A DNA stretch of 64,000 nucleotides. Origin: Marinifilaceae bacterium. Lineage in GTDB: Bacteria > Bacteroidota > Bacteroidia > Bacteroidales > Marinifilaceae. Where the stretch lies: positions 49,050 to 113,049 of the forward strand of contig JADGEF010000001.1 in assembly GCA_016744515.1 (NCBI GenBank), in the 5' to 3' direction. The translations under genes and the position numbers were made by a program. Positions within the stretch are counted from its first letter, which is position 1, and each line of letters opens with the position of its first letter. The notes under the pieces are model-generated. The model worked only from the letters and a program-made list of their open reading frames with translations, made no database searches and was not told the DNA's origin. Of the stretch, positions 9,908 through 23,242 are shown one piece after another.

Positions 9908-12900
9908 ATGAAGAAATTAGTATTAAAAGGGAGTGCATTCTTAGCATTCATGTTTTTTGTTTTGACTTCAACTTTTGTTGTGGCTCAAAACGACGTAAAA
10001 ATGAAAGCAGGCAACCAGCAGGAGCAAATTAAACTGGTTGCTGCCCGAAAAACAAATCCCACAACAATAGAAATCGAGTTTTCCAATCATCAGAAAATGT
10101 TGATTGATTTTTATGGAAACAACATTTTCAGAATGTTTCAGGATAACAGTGGTGAAGGATTGAGAGCCCCTCTGGCAGAACCAGCGGCAGAAATCTTAGT
10201 GAAGACCCCCCGAAAACCAGTTTCGGAACTTGATGTGGAAGACACTGGAAATAAGATTACCATCAAAACACTTTCTATTGAGTTAACCTTCTACAAAAAC
10301 GAAACAACTTTTAAGCTTAAAAACTTGAAAACGGGTAAAATAGTTGTGAAATCGATCGCACCGATTGCTTTCAAAGAAAACAAAGTGAAAATTGAATTGA
10401 GCGAAGATCAGAATGAGTACTTTTATGGGGGCGGTGTGCAAAACGGACGTTTTTCGCATAAAGGAAAAGTCATTGCTATCGAAAATCAAAACAGTTGGAC
10501 CAACGGAGGCGTGGCTTCTCCAACACCATTTTACTGGTCAACTAATGGATATGGTTTTATGTGGTACACCTTCAAAAAAGGAACGTACAACTTCGACGCT
10601 AAAAACGAAAATAAAGTAAGCCTATCACACGACACCGATTATTTGGATGTATTCTTCATGGTAAACGATGGCCCGGTGGCTTTACTGAACGATTTCTATC
10701 AATTGACCGGACATCCGGTGTTGATCCCTAAGTTTGGATTCTACGAAGGTCACTTAAATGCATACAACCGCGATTACTGGAAAGAAGATACTAAAGGAAT
10801 CCTTTTCGAGGACGGAAAACATTATAAAGAATCTCAAAAAGACAATGGCGGTACCAAAGAATCGCTAAACGGTGAGAAAAATAACTATCAATTCTCGGCC
10901 AGAGCAGTTATAGATCGCTATAAAAATCACGATATGCCATTGGGCTGGATTTTACCTAACGATGGTTATGGAGCCGGATACGGACAGACTTCAAGCTTGG
11001 ATGGTAATATCGCAAACTTGAAAGAATTTGGCGACTACGCCCGCGATCATGGTGTTGAAATTGGTTTGTGGACTCAGTCTGACTTGCACCCTATTGATAC
11101 CATTGAAGCGCTTTTACAACGTGATATTGTGAAAGAAGTTGGAGAGGCAGGTGTTCGTGTACTTAAAACCGATGTGGCTTGGGTAGGAGCCGGATATTCT
11201 TTTGGATTGAATGGTGTACAGGATGCTGCTGAAATTATGCAGGAGCATGGAAATAAAGCCAGACCATTCATTATTTCACTTGATGGTTGGGCAGGAACGC
11301 AAAGATATGCCACGGTCTGGTCGGGCGATCAAACTGGCGGTTCTTGGGAATACATTCGTTTCCACATTCCAACATTTATTGGATCGGGGCTATCGGGACA
11401 ACCCAACATATCAAATGATATGGATGGTATCTTCGGTGGTAGAAATCAGATCATCAATACACGCGATTTCCAATGGAAAGCATTTGCGCTTATGCAATTG
11501 AATATGGATGGCTGGGGTTCAAACGAAAAATATCCGCATGTTTTGGGCGAACCAGTAACGTCAATCAATCGCAACTACCTGAAGCTTAAGTCGGAATTGT
11601 TGCCTTACGCTTACAGTGTCGCTCATGAAGCGGTTGATGGATTGCCAGTTATGAGAGCGATGTTCTTAGAAGAAGAAAATCCTTATACTTTAGGTAAAAG
11701 TACCGAATATCAATATATGTTTGGCTCAGATTTCCTTGTTGCTCCCATCTATCAAGACACAAAATCGGACACATTAGGTAACGATATTCGAAACCATATT
11801 TATTTACCTCAGGGAAGTTGGGTGGACTATTTTTCAGGTCAGGTTTACGAGGGAGGACGAATTATTAACAATTTTGATGCTCCAATCTGGAAATTACCGG
11901 TATTTGTAAAAAGAGGAGCCATTATTCCAATGGTGAATCCGAATAACAATGTAAGCGAAATAAACCTGCAACGGAGAATTTACGAAATTTATCCCTATGG
12001 AAATTCGTCGTTTGTTGAATACGATGACGATGGTTTAACCACCGATTATATGCGTGAGCAATACATTACAACTAAGATTGAGTCGGTGGTTGATGGTGAT
12101 GTGGTGAATATTCTTGTAGAACCTGCAAAAGGTGATTTTACGGGTTTTGTGAAAGAAAAAGAAACTGAATTCCGGATCAATGTAACCAGTCAGCCACAAA
12201 AAATTGAAGCTAAAATAAATGGCAAAAAAGTGCGTCTGAAGAGCGTGAAAACAATACAAGACTTCAACGCTCGCAACAATGTTTACTATTACAATCCAGA
12301 GACAAACATGAACCAGTTTGCCACAAAGGGGAGTGAATTTGAAAAAGTAAATATTACCAAAAATCCGCAAGTATTGGTGAAGCTTGAAAAAACAGATATT
12401 AGTCAAAACAGTATTAGTCTTCAGCTTACTGGTTATGAATTTAACCCAGTAAACCATATACTTAAAAATACCGGAAAGTTGTCGACTGTGAAAAATGCGA
12501 CTGTTCTTGACAGCAATACTACGGCATATACTTTGAAACCAACTTGGGACAAAATAGCCAATGCCGACTGTTACGAACTTAAGTTTGAGGGCATGTTGTA
12601 TGCCGATATTAAAGACAATGAATTACTGTTCGAAAATTTAAGTCCGGAAACAGAATATACATTCAAGGCCAGAGCTGTTAACAAAAATGGACATTCAGAA
12701 TGGGTTAGTTTTATTGCTAAAACAAAAAGCGATCCGTTGCAATTTGCCATTAAAAAAATCACAGCTGAAAGTATGGTTAACATGCAGGGTGGACATGGTT
12801 TTAATAGATTGTTCGACTTCAACGAAAATTCATTAATGCACACCAAATACTACGAAAAATCTATTCCCTTTGAATTCATAATCGACTTACATTCCATTAA

Positions 12901-13753
12901 CCAATTGGAAAAAATTGTTTATTTGCCACGCCTTAGCGGAAGCAACGGTATTATTCAGAAGGGTAAATTCTTATACAGCAAGGACAAAGAAAACTGGACA
13001 GATGCTGGTCGTTTTGAGTGGAAAAACAATAATGGAGTAAAAACATTCATATTGAAAGATCAACCGGTAACTCGTTATATTAAAATGCTGGTTGATGAAG
13101 CGAACAACAACTATGGTACGGGCCGACAGCTTTATATTTTTAAAGTTCCGGGAACGGAAAGCTTTCTGCCAGGCGATATTAACAGCGATGGTGTGATTGA
13201 CGACAACGACCAGACATCGTACATGAATTATACAGGCTTGCGCAAAGGCGACAGTGATTTTGGGTATGTAAGTCGTGGAGATGTAAACAAGAATGGATTG
13301 ATCGACGCTTACGACATTTCAAATGTAAGCACTCAACTCAACAATGGAATTAGTAATACACTAATAGAAAAAGTTGGTGGGAAGCTAATTTTATCCGCAT
13401 CGAAAAGTAAATACCAAGCTGGCGATACGCTTGAAATTAAAGTGAATGGCAGCCTGCTTAAATCAGTAAACGCCTTTAGTTTCGCACTTCCGTATAACGG
13501 CAAGCTTCTTGAGTATATTGGCGTGAAAACGATTAATACAAAAGAAATGGACAACCTGACTTATAATCGCTTGCATTCCAATGGCGATAGAGTTTTGTAT
13601 CCAACTTTTGTAAATTTGGGCGACCAATCAGCCTTAGAAGGTGATGGAACAATCCTGACCCTTCTGTTTAAAGTCAAACGTTTTTTTAAATTCAACTTGG
13701 ACTTACAAAACGGACTGATTGTTGATAAATACCTAAACACAGTAGAGTTCTAA
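9908..13753 (+). CDS. GH31 glycoside hydrolase, probable alpha-N-acetylgalactosaminidase, with FN3, F5/8C-like, dockerin and cohesin modules
   Basis: WILPNDGYGAGYG, VLKTDVAWVG (nucleophile Asp) and PNISNDMDGIFGG (acid/base Asp) resemble the alpha-GalNAcase clade of GH31. Paired EF-hand repeats PGDINSDGVIDDND and RGDVNKNGLIDAYD are followed by a cohesin-like domain. Confidence 0.85.
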   Translation: MKKLVLKGSAFLAFMFFVLTSTFVVAQNDVKMKAGNQQEQIKLVAARKTNPTTIEIEFSNHQKMLIDFYGNNIFRMFQDNSGEGLRAPLAEPAAEILVKTPRKPVSELDVEDTGNKITIKTLSIELTFYKNETTFKLKNLKTGKIVVKSIAPIAFKENKVKIELSEDQNEYFYGGGVQNGRFSHKGKVIAIENQNSWTNGGVASPTPFYWSTNGYGFMWYTFKKGTYNFDAKNENKVSLSHDTDYLDVFFMVNDGPVALLNDFYQLTGHPVLIPKFGFYEGHLNAYNRDYWKEDTKGILFEDGKHYKESQKDNGGTKESLNGEKNNYQFSARAVIDRYKNHDMPLGWILPNDGYGAGYGQTSSLDGNIANLKEFGDYARDHGVEIGLWTQSDLHPIDTIEALLQRDIVKEVGEAGVRVLKTDVAWVGAGYSFGLNGVQDAAEIMQEHGNKARPFIISLDGWAGTQRYATVWSGDQTGGSWEYIRFHIPTFIGSGLSGQPNISNDMDGIFGGRNQIINTRDFQWKAFALMQLNMDGWGSNEKYPHVLGEPVTSINRNYLKLKSELLPYAYSVAHEAVDGLPVMRAMFLEEENPYTLGKSTEYQYMFGSDFLVAPIYQDTKSDTLGNDIRNHIYLPQGSWVDYFSGQVYEGGRIINNFDAPIWKLPVFVKRGAIIPMVNPNNNVSEINLQRRIYEIYPYGNSSFVEYDDDGLTTDYMREQYITTKIESVVDGDVVNILVEPAKGDFTGFVKEKETEFRINVTSQPQKIEAKINGKKVRLKSVKTIQDFNARNNVYYYNPETNMNQFATKGSEFEKVNITKNPQVLVKLEKTDISQNSISLQLTGYEFNPVNHILKNTGKLSTVKNATVLDSNTTAYTLKPTWDKIANADCYELKFEGMLYADIKDNELLFENLSPETEYTFKARAVNKNGHSEWVSFIAKTKSDPLQFAIKKITAESMVNMQGGHGFNRLFDFNENSLMHTKYYEKSIPFEFIIDLHSINQLEKIVYLPRLSGSNGIIQKGKFLYSKDKENWTDAGRFEWKNNNGVKTFILKDQPVTRYIKMLVDEANNNYGTGRQLYIFKVPGTESFLPGDINSDGVIDDNDQTSYMNYTGLRKGDSDFGYVSRGDVNKNGLIDAYDISNVSTQLNNGISNTLIEKVGGKLILSASKSKYQAGDTLEIKVNGSLLKSVNAFSFALPYNGKLLEYIGVKTINTKEMDNLTYNRLHSNGDRVLYPTFVNLGDQSALEGDGTILTLLFKVKRFFKFNLDLQNGLIVDKYLNTVEF

Positions 13754-13776
13754 ATTAAAATAAGTAGCAAATAAGG

Positions 13777-13808
13777 AAATAGGCTGTTCAAATGTGGACA
13801 GCCTATTT
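13777..13808 (+). terminator. Intrinsic terminator after GH31
   Basis: AAATAGGCTGT-N10-ACAGCCTATTT. Confidence 0.75.
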
Positions 13809-13930
13809 TATGTTCGGATGATTAAATTACCCTAAGTATAATTCATTGATAGGAAAATTGAGATACCTGAATACTTGGGTGCGTGACCGTTTGCGATACT
13901 GCATCTGGTTTGCCAGCTAGCGAAGAAGAA

Positions 13931-14006
13931 AGCAGAAAAGAAATAAGAGTTGCATATAGTTATAAGTAGAATGAGCTTGGCTATATTAGGTGTGTCTTTT
14001 TTGCAT
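13931..14006 (-). pseudogene. 5' stub of a second HTCS gene (signal peptide only, frameshifted)
   Basis: Aligns with 9301-9378. Removing one A from the A-run after the ATG gives MQKDTPNIAKLILLITICNSYFFSA, versus MLKNNTLLSKLILLIVLCNSHFFLFA in the intact HTCS. Confidence 0.7.
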
Positions 14007-14130
14007 GCAGATTTAATTTTCAGGTTTTAGGGTAAAACAAAAATAGATATCTACAACAATTCTTTCATGTAAATATCAAATAAATAATAAGTTGTAATTC
14101 GCAGTATTGTGCTATTTAATAGGCTTGTGG

Positions 14131-14170
14131 GAAAATGTCTACCTATTAGCTTAAAATATCCACTTTTTTA
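14131..14170. promoter_or_regulatory. Candidate HTCS operator (copy 2)
   Basis: Identical to 9501-9540 while the flanks diverge. Confidence 0.5.
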
Positions 14171-14414
14171 TAGTTGTGATTCTCCAATTTTGAAACTCTC
14201 ATCGTTGAACAAGTCGACCAACTTGGAATCTTGTGAAATGGATGTGGGAATAAAATTAACCTAATTTAAAACAAAACCTTTATGAAAAACATTTTGTTGA
14301 CTTTGGTGAAGGTTATTTTTGAATTCAAGTAAATTTAGAATCGGAACGAAGAATTGTTTTTTCGGTTTGGAGGTTTTTTGTTAAGAATTAATATTGAGTT
14401 CATAATTGATTGAG

Positions 14415-16715
14415 ATGAAGAAGTTCAGGTTATTGGTAGTTATTGTGTTTGGTTGTTGTTTATGTACTTGCGCACAGGATTGTGTTCGATTAGAAAAAAT
14501 GGAGTATGACCTGCAGTTTGAAAAGCTTGCTACTCGATGGGATGAGGCTGTTCCTCTTGGGAATGCAATGTTAGGAGTATTGGTTTGGCAGAATGGGAAT
14601 AATTTGAGGCTCTCTTTGGATCGAGCTGATTTATGGGATATGCGCCCAATGGAAAATATAGATTTACCTGAGTGGAACTATAAGTGGGTTTATGAACAAT
14701 GGAAAAATAATAATTATGAAGCTGTTCAGAAAGCATTTGATGACCCTTACAATCAAAATCCTGCACCATCAAAGATTCCTGGAGCAGCATTAGAATTTAA
14801 TATTCAATCGTTAGGAGCTATTGATTCTGTAAAGTTATCTATTTCTGATGCTACATGCGAAGTTAATTGGCATAATGGAACTAGGCTAATTACCTTTGTA
14901 CATGCAAAAGAAAATGTAGGATGGTTTCAGTTCGAAGGACTAAAAAATAACATACAGCCTGTAGTTATACCTCCAAAATATAATGTGGAAAGCAATGGCG
15001 GCGTAAGTGATCCTGTGAGTGGGCAAGATTTACGACGTTTAGGATATCCTAAAGGAAAAATTGTCCGAAGCACTAATCAGATTACCTATACACAAGAAGG
15101 TTGGGGAGGATTTAAGTATCACGTAAATGTTATCTGGAAAAAAGAAGGAGATATTCTCAAAGGTTGTTGGAGTATTAGTTCAGAATTCCCAGAATGGGAG
15201 GAACAAGTAAATTCTGCTTCCATTGTTAAAAAGGAATTAAAAAAAGGAATTGACCAAGCTTTTGAGTCACATCATATTTGGTGGAATAAGTTTTGGGCAA
15301 AATCGTCGATAGATTTACCAGATCCAATTCTAACGAAGCAATGGTATTTGGAACAATATAAATTTGGTTCGGTAGCCCGAAAGGGGGCACCTCCAATTTC
15401 ATTACAAGCTGTTTGGACTGCTGATAATGGTAAGCTTCCGCCATGGAAAGGGGATTTTCATCATGATTTGAATACTCAATTAAGTTATTGGCCAGCATAC
15501 AGTAGTAATCACCTTGATTTAGAAGAAGGTTTTATTGACTGGTTATGGAAAAATAAAGGAACATTTAAAAAATATACGAAGGACTATTTTGGAACTGATG
15601 GCTTAAATGTACCAGGAGTCACAACTTTGGATGGAGCTCCAATGGGCGGATGGATTCAGTATTCATTTGGACCTACTGTTTCGGCTTGGTTGGCACAGAG
15701 CTTTTACTTGCATTGGCGTTACACTATGGATCGAGATTTTTTAGAAGAAAAAGCACATCCATGGATTAAAGATGTCGCTATTTATATAGATGAGTTATCT
15801 GTGAAAGATGAAAAGGGAGTGCGTAAATTACCAATTAGTTCAAGTCCTGAGCTTAATGATAATTCACGTTCTGCTTGGTTTGGGCAAACTACTAATTTTG
15901 ATTTGGCTTTAATTCGATGGACATTTGAGAAAGCTGCTGAAGTAGCTAAAGAATTAGGTAAAAATGAAGAGGCTAAAAAATGGATTGAAATTCTTGGGCA
16001 ATGGCCAGACTATTCAGTAGATGAAAAAACTGGGTTTATGTTTGCTCCTGGTCTTTCTTACGACCATTCTCATCGTCACTTTTCACATCTAATGGCTATT
16101 CATCCATTGGGCATAGTAGATTGGTCGCAAGGTGATGAAGCACAGCAACTAATTACTAAGACTGTAGAAAATTTAAAAAAGCAAGGATCAGATTCGTGGG
16201 TAGGTTATTCTTTCAGTTGGTTAGCGAATCTTCAGGCTCGTGTGTTTGACGGCGAAGGTGCTGCGGAAACACTTAGCATATTTGCGAATAACTTTTGCTT
16301 AAAAAATACTTTTCATGCAAATGGAGAGCAATTTAATAAAGGTTATTCTAATTTTAAATATCGTCCATTCACATTGGAGGGCAATTTTGCATTTGCATCC
16401 GCAATTCAGGAAATGTTGATACAGAGCCATACTGGTGTCGTGAAGGTTTTCCCTGCAATTCCTGAAGATTGGGATACAGTGTCCTTTAATCAATTGCGTA
16501 CAGAAGGTGCTTTTTTGGTATCTGCACAAAAAAAGAATGCTAATGTAGCTCAGATAGTAGTCCAATCCGATAAAGGTGGAATACTTAAATTAGATAACCC
16601 ATTTAAAGATCAAATGTTTACTTCTCCTAATAAGGATGTGATAAAGGGTAAGATTATTGTTATTGAGATGAAACCTAGAGAAACTGTAGTTCTAAATGGA
16701 ATAAAGGAGCTGTAG
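14415..16715 (+). CDS. GH95 family alpha-L-fucosidase/alpha-L-galactosidase
   Basis: WDEAVPLGNAMLG, PPWKGDFHHDLNTQLSYWP, SSSPE, HSHRHFSHL, RPFTLEGNF..IQEMLIQSH. The ATG at 14415 is preferred over the TTG at 14406. Confidence 0.85.
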   Translation: MKKFRLLVVIVFGCCLCTCAQDCVRLEKMEYDLQFEKLATRWDEAVPLGNAMLGVLVWQNGNNLRLSLDRADLWDMRPMENIDLPEWNYKWVYEQWKNNNYEAVQKAFDDPYNQNPAPSKIPGAALEFNIQSLGAIDSVKLSISDATCEVNWHNGTRLITFVHAKENVGWFQFEGLKNNIQPVVIPPKYNVESNGGVSDPVSGQDLRRLGYPKGKIVRSTNQITYTQEGWGGFKYHVNVIWKKEGDILKGCWSISSEFPEWEEQVNSASIVKKELKKGIDQAFESHHIWWNKFWAKSSIDLPDPILTKQWYLEQYKFGSVARKGAPPISLQAVWTADNGKLPPWKGDFHHDLNTQLSYWPAYSSNHLDLEEGFIDWLWKNKGTFKKYTKDYFGTDGLNVPGVTTLDGAPMGGWIQYSFGPTVSAWLAQSFYLHWRYTMDRDFLEEKAHPWIKDVAIYIDELSVKDEKGVRKLPISSSPELNDNSRSAWFGQTTNFDLALIRWTFEKAAEVAKELGKNEEAKKWIEILGQWPDYSVDEKTGFMFAPGLSYDHSHRHFSHLMAIHPLGIVDWSQGDEAQQLITKTVENLKKQGSDSWVGYSFSWLANLQARVFDGEGAAETLSIFANNFCLKNTFHANGEQFNKGYSNFKYRPFTLEGNFAFASAIQEMLIQSHTGVVKVFPAIPEDWDTVSFNQLRTEGAFLVSAQKKNANVAQIVVQSDKGGILKLDNPFKDQMFTSPNKDVIKGKIIVIEMKPRETVVLNGIKEL

Positions 16716-17106
16716 ATTTCACATTAATGCCAGTTAAAGCATTATGTGTAGCACTGTCTAAAAAGGAATGAATGAGTTCTTATAAGAGTTTAAATTTTTG
16801 CACCTAATAATTAGTGCATCACAGGAGTTGGAAAATAGTATAACATGAAAGTATAAAATATATTAAGATATCTCAAAAATTAAAGAAAATAATAAAATTT
16901 AAAGATAATAGTTCGTTAGATTTTAGTGGCGAGCTTAACTTGTAAAATAATTATTATTAATCATCTAATATTAAGAATGTGACAGGTTTAACTTGCTGAT
17001 AATCAATGTTAAATGAAGATTCAGTAAATCATTGTTATTTAAGACATTTTTGAAATTTTAATGGTATACAAAATTAGGATGACTTAGTTCCGTAAAATAA
17101 AAAGGT

Positions 17107-19617
17107 ATGATAATTAAACTAAAGTATTTATTGTTAATAAGTCTGTTATGGCTGGGGGCTTGCCGAGATGGTCAGGATACCAATGGCAGACAAGAAAAGT
17201 CCTTTAATGCACATTGGGATTTTGCTAAGGTATATACCCAAATAGATCAAAGCTCCCAACACTCAAATAAAAAAAAGGTTCAGGATGGAAATGATTGGAA
17301 ATCTCAATTTTTTATTGAGCATATAGATTCTGAGAACCATCAAGATAGTGTTATCAATTGGGATAAGGTGCTAGATCAGGAGCTTAGATTAGTAAAATAT
17401 TGGGATAAGGTTTGTCTTCCTCATGCTGCTCATGTTGAAGATTATCAGGTTAAAAAGCAATGGGAGGGTATTTGTTATTACCGTAAGAATTTTTTGGTAG
17501 ATAAGAATAGAGAAGGAAAGAAACTATTTGTAAAATTTGAAGGTGCCATGCAAACCGCTGATGTTTGGGTTAATGGTAATCATCTAAAGCGACATTTGGG
17601 GGGATACCTTCCATTTTCGGTTGATATATCTTCAGTGGTATGTTATGGACAGGAGAATACTATTCTTGTGCGTTTGGATAATAGAGATAATCCACTGATA
17701 CCACCAGGGAAACCTCTAGAGAATTTGGATTTTTGTTACTTTCATGGATTGTACAGGAATGTAAAGTTGATAAGTACTGAGAAGGTGTACATTACTGATG
17801 AGGTAGACGCTGATAAAGTTGCTGGAGGAGGCTTGTTTGTGACTTATCCTAAGGTCTCTGATTCTTTTGCCGAGATTCATGTTAAGAGTCATATTAAATG
17901 GGAAATTCCCATTGAGAATATTGATGTGGTTTATCTTTTGAAAGATAATAAAGGGGGTGAGATTGGTCGAAAGATTGATAGAGAGAATTGTATAGGCGAT
18001 AAAGGTGATAAGAATTCTGATGTTTTATTTGAGATGAGTAATCCACATCTTTGGAGTTGTGAAGATCCTTATCTATATGATCTTGTGGTTCAAATATGGA
18101 AGGATAATGCAAAGATTGATGAACGAAAGGAGAAAATTGGGATCAGACGAATATCTATTACTCGTGAAAAAGGATTCACTCTTAATGGAAGCGCTTTCCC
18201 TTTGGTAGGTACCAACAGACATATGGACTTTCCGTGGGTAGGAAATGCTGCATCGGATGAGGCACAATATCGTGATCTGATTAAGATTAAAAAAGCTGGT
18301 TTTAATACAGTTCGATTAGGACATTATCCTCAGTCACCTTCAGTTTATGATATTTGCGATTCCATTGGTTTATTGGTGATTGATCCTATTCCTGGATGGC
18401 AGTTTTTTAATAAAGACTCTCTTTTTTGTGAAAGAACGTGGCAAACAGTGAGGGATATGATTCGTAGAGATAGAAATCATCCATGTGTTGTGATGTGGGA
18501 GACCATTCTTAACGAATCCTGGCCTCCTAAATGGTGGAAGGATAAGTCTAATCAAGTGGCTCATGAGGAGTATCCAGGCGATCAGTGTTTTACATCAGGA
18601 GATATGTATGGGTATAATGGATGGGATGTGTTGTATAATGATTGGAGTGAGGATCATACAAGGCCAAATGCCAGTAGCCATCCAGGATTTATACGTGAGT
18701 ATGGAGACTATGAATTTGGGGGTCATTTAAGTACAACTCGTATTACTCATATCGATGGAGAGAAAGCATTGTTGCAGAATGCTTGGAATTTTCTCTGGTC
18801 GCATAACAAGCACCGAGGTCAATATCCTTGGACAATAGGAGATGCCAATTGGAGTATGTATGATTATAATAGAGGTTGTTCGGAGAACATTTGTTATAGT
18901 GGCATATCTGAATTAGATCGTAGACCTAAATTTGCTTACTATTTTTATAGCTCTCAGATTGATGTAGGCACTCCGATGGGCAATAAGCTAAAGGAACCAG
19001 AACTGTTTATTGCTAATTATTGGACTCCCAGAGAAGGGAAGGATAAAGTTGTTGTTTTTTCCAATGTTGATGAGGTTGAGCTTCGTGTGAATGGGGAAAT
19101 TATTGAGCGTCGTAAACCTGATGGAGGACCTGATACCCCATATGGAAAAGATTATCATGGGCGGATTAATGGAGGATCGCCTTTTGATGGAGGAAATGCT
19201 AATAATCTTAAGCATCCGCCTTTTACGTTTAATAATGTAGTATGGGAAAAAGGTAAGCTTGAAGCTCTAGGATACATAAATGGAAAACTTGTAGCTGAGA
19301 GTATAGTTAATACGCCAGAGAAACCTACAGAACTTGTTGTGGAATTTGATACCGAAGGTTTATTGCCTGTGTCGAATGGAAGTGATGTGTTGTTTGTACG
19401 TGTTAAAATTCAAGATATTAATAATAGTTTGTGTGTGATGGATAACTCAGAAGTAAGCATTGTTGTTGATGGCGCTGAAGTAGTATCCCCTTCAACCAGA
19501 AAGGCTGAATCAGGTATGGCAACTTTCCTAGTGAAAGTGAAACTGGGTGCTCATAAGTTAAAGGTAACTGCTGTTAGTGGCCAATTGAAAGGTCAGGCTA
19601 ATATTAGGACAAATTAA
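17107..19617 (+). CDS. GH2 glycoside hydrolase, lipoprotein
   Basis: Lipobox LWLGAC, LFVKFEGAM, GTNRH, NHPCVVMWETILNE (acid/base Glu), GFIREYG (nucleophile). Confidence 0.9.
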   Translation: MIIKLKYLLLISLLWLGACRDGQDTNGRQEKSFNAHWDFAKVYTQIDQSSQHSNKKKVQDGNDWKSQFFIEHIDSENHQDSVINWDKVLDQELRLVKYWDKVCLPHAAHVEDYQVKKQWEGICYYRKNFLVDKNREGKKLFVKFEGAMQTADVWVNGNHLKRHLGGYLPFSVDISSVVCYGQENTILVRLDNRDNPLIPPGKPLENLDFCYFHGLYRNVKLISTEKVYITDEVDADKVAGGGLFVTYPKVSDSFAEIHVKSHIKWEIPIENIDVVYLLKDNKGGEIGRKIDRENCIGDKGDKNSDVLFEMSNPHLWSCEDPYLYDLVVQIWKDNAKIDERKEKIGIRRISITREKGFTLNGSAFPLVGTNRHMDFPWVGNAASDEAQYRDLIKIKKAGFNTVRLGHYPQSPSVYDICDSIGLLVIDPIPGWQFFNKDSLFCERTWQTVRDMIRRDRNHPCVVMWETILNESWPPKWWKDKSNQVAHEEYPGDQCFTSGDMYGYNGWDVLYNDWSEDHTRPNASSHPGFIREYGDYEFGGHLSTTRITHIDGEKALLQNAWNFLWSHNKHRGQYPWTIGDANWSMYDYNRGCSENICYSGISELDRRPKFAYYFYSSQIDVGTPMGNKLKEPELFIANYWTPREGKDKVVVFSNVDEVELRVNGEIIERRKPDGGPDTPYGKDYHGRINGGSPFDGGNANNLKHPPFTFNNVVWEKGKLEALGYINGKLVAESIVNTPEKPTELVVEFDTEGLLPVSNGSDVLFVRVKIQDINNSLCVMDNSEVSIVVDGAEVVSPSTRKAESGMATFLVKVKLGAHKLKVTAVSGQLKGQANIRTN

Positions 19618-19998
19618 ATAGTTTACAGTTGAAAATGATGTTATCCGTGATGCTAATAATTCTATTGGATAAGTGTAGATATAGGAATGGATACCATAGA
19701 GAAAAGATGGCTGATGTAATTAGAATAGTAGATTGTAAAATCATCGGTATTGGGAAATGGAATCTTAGGAGATACTGAGAAATATTATTCGGACAATAGA
19801 GGCTTTTATGTTTTCTATGGAATGGGATCTTTAAAAATTATTTTATATTCTGATAAAACAAATGATGCTATTTTTATTGTGAAAAAAACACAACAGGTAG
19901 GTACTGGTGTGATAAAATATTATATTTATGCTCTCGTATAAAAGTTATCTGAATTTTTATATGAGACTGCTTTGTATAAAAAAATATTTACTAATTAG

Positions 19999-23196
<3,198 letters not shown>

Positions 23197-23242
23197 CTTA
23201 CTCTATTCTTATAAATAATTATTGAAGTTTAAAATATAAATA

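Larger units (their letters stand above)
13931..14302 (+). repeat. Diverged duplicate of the HTCS/GH31 intergenic module (9301-9668)
   Basis: Shares TAAAACAAAAATAGATATCT, the 40-bp identical core, TCCAATTTTGAAA, TCATCGTTGA and ATGAAAAACATTTTGTTGACT. Confidence 0.9.
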
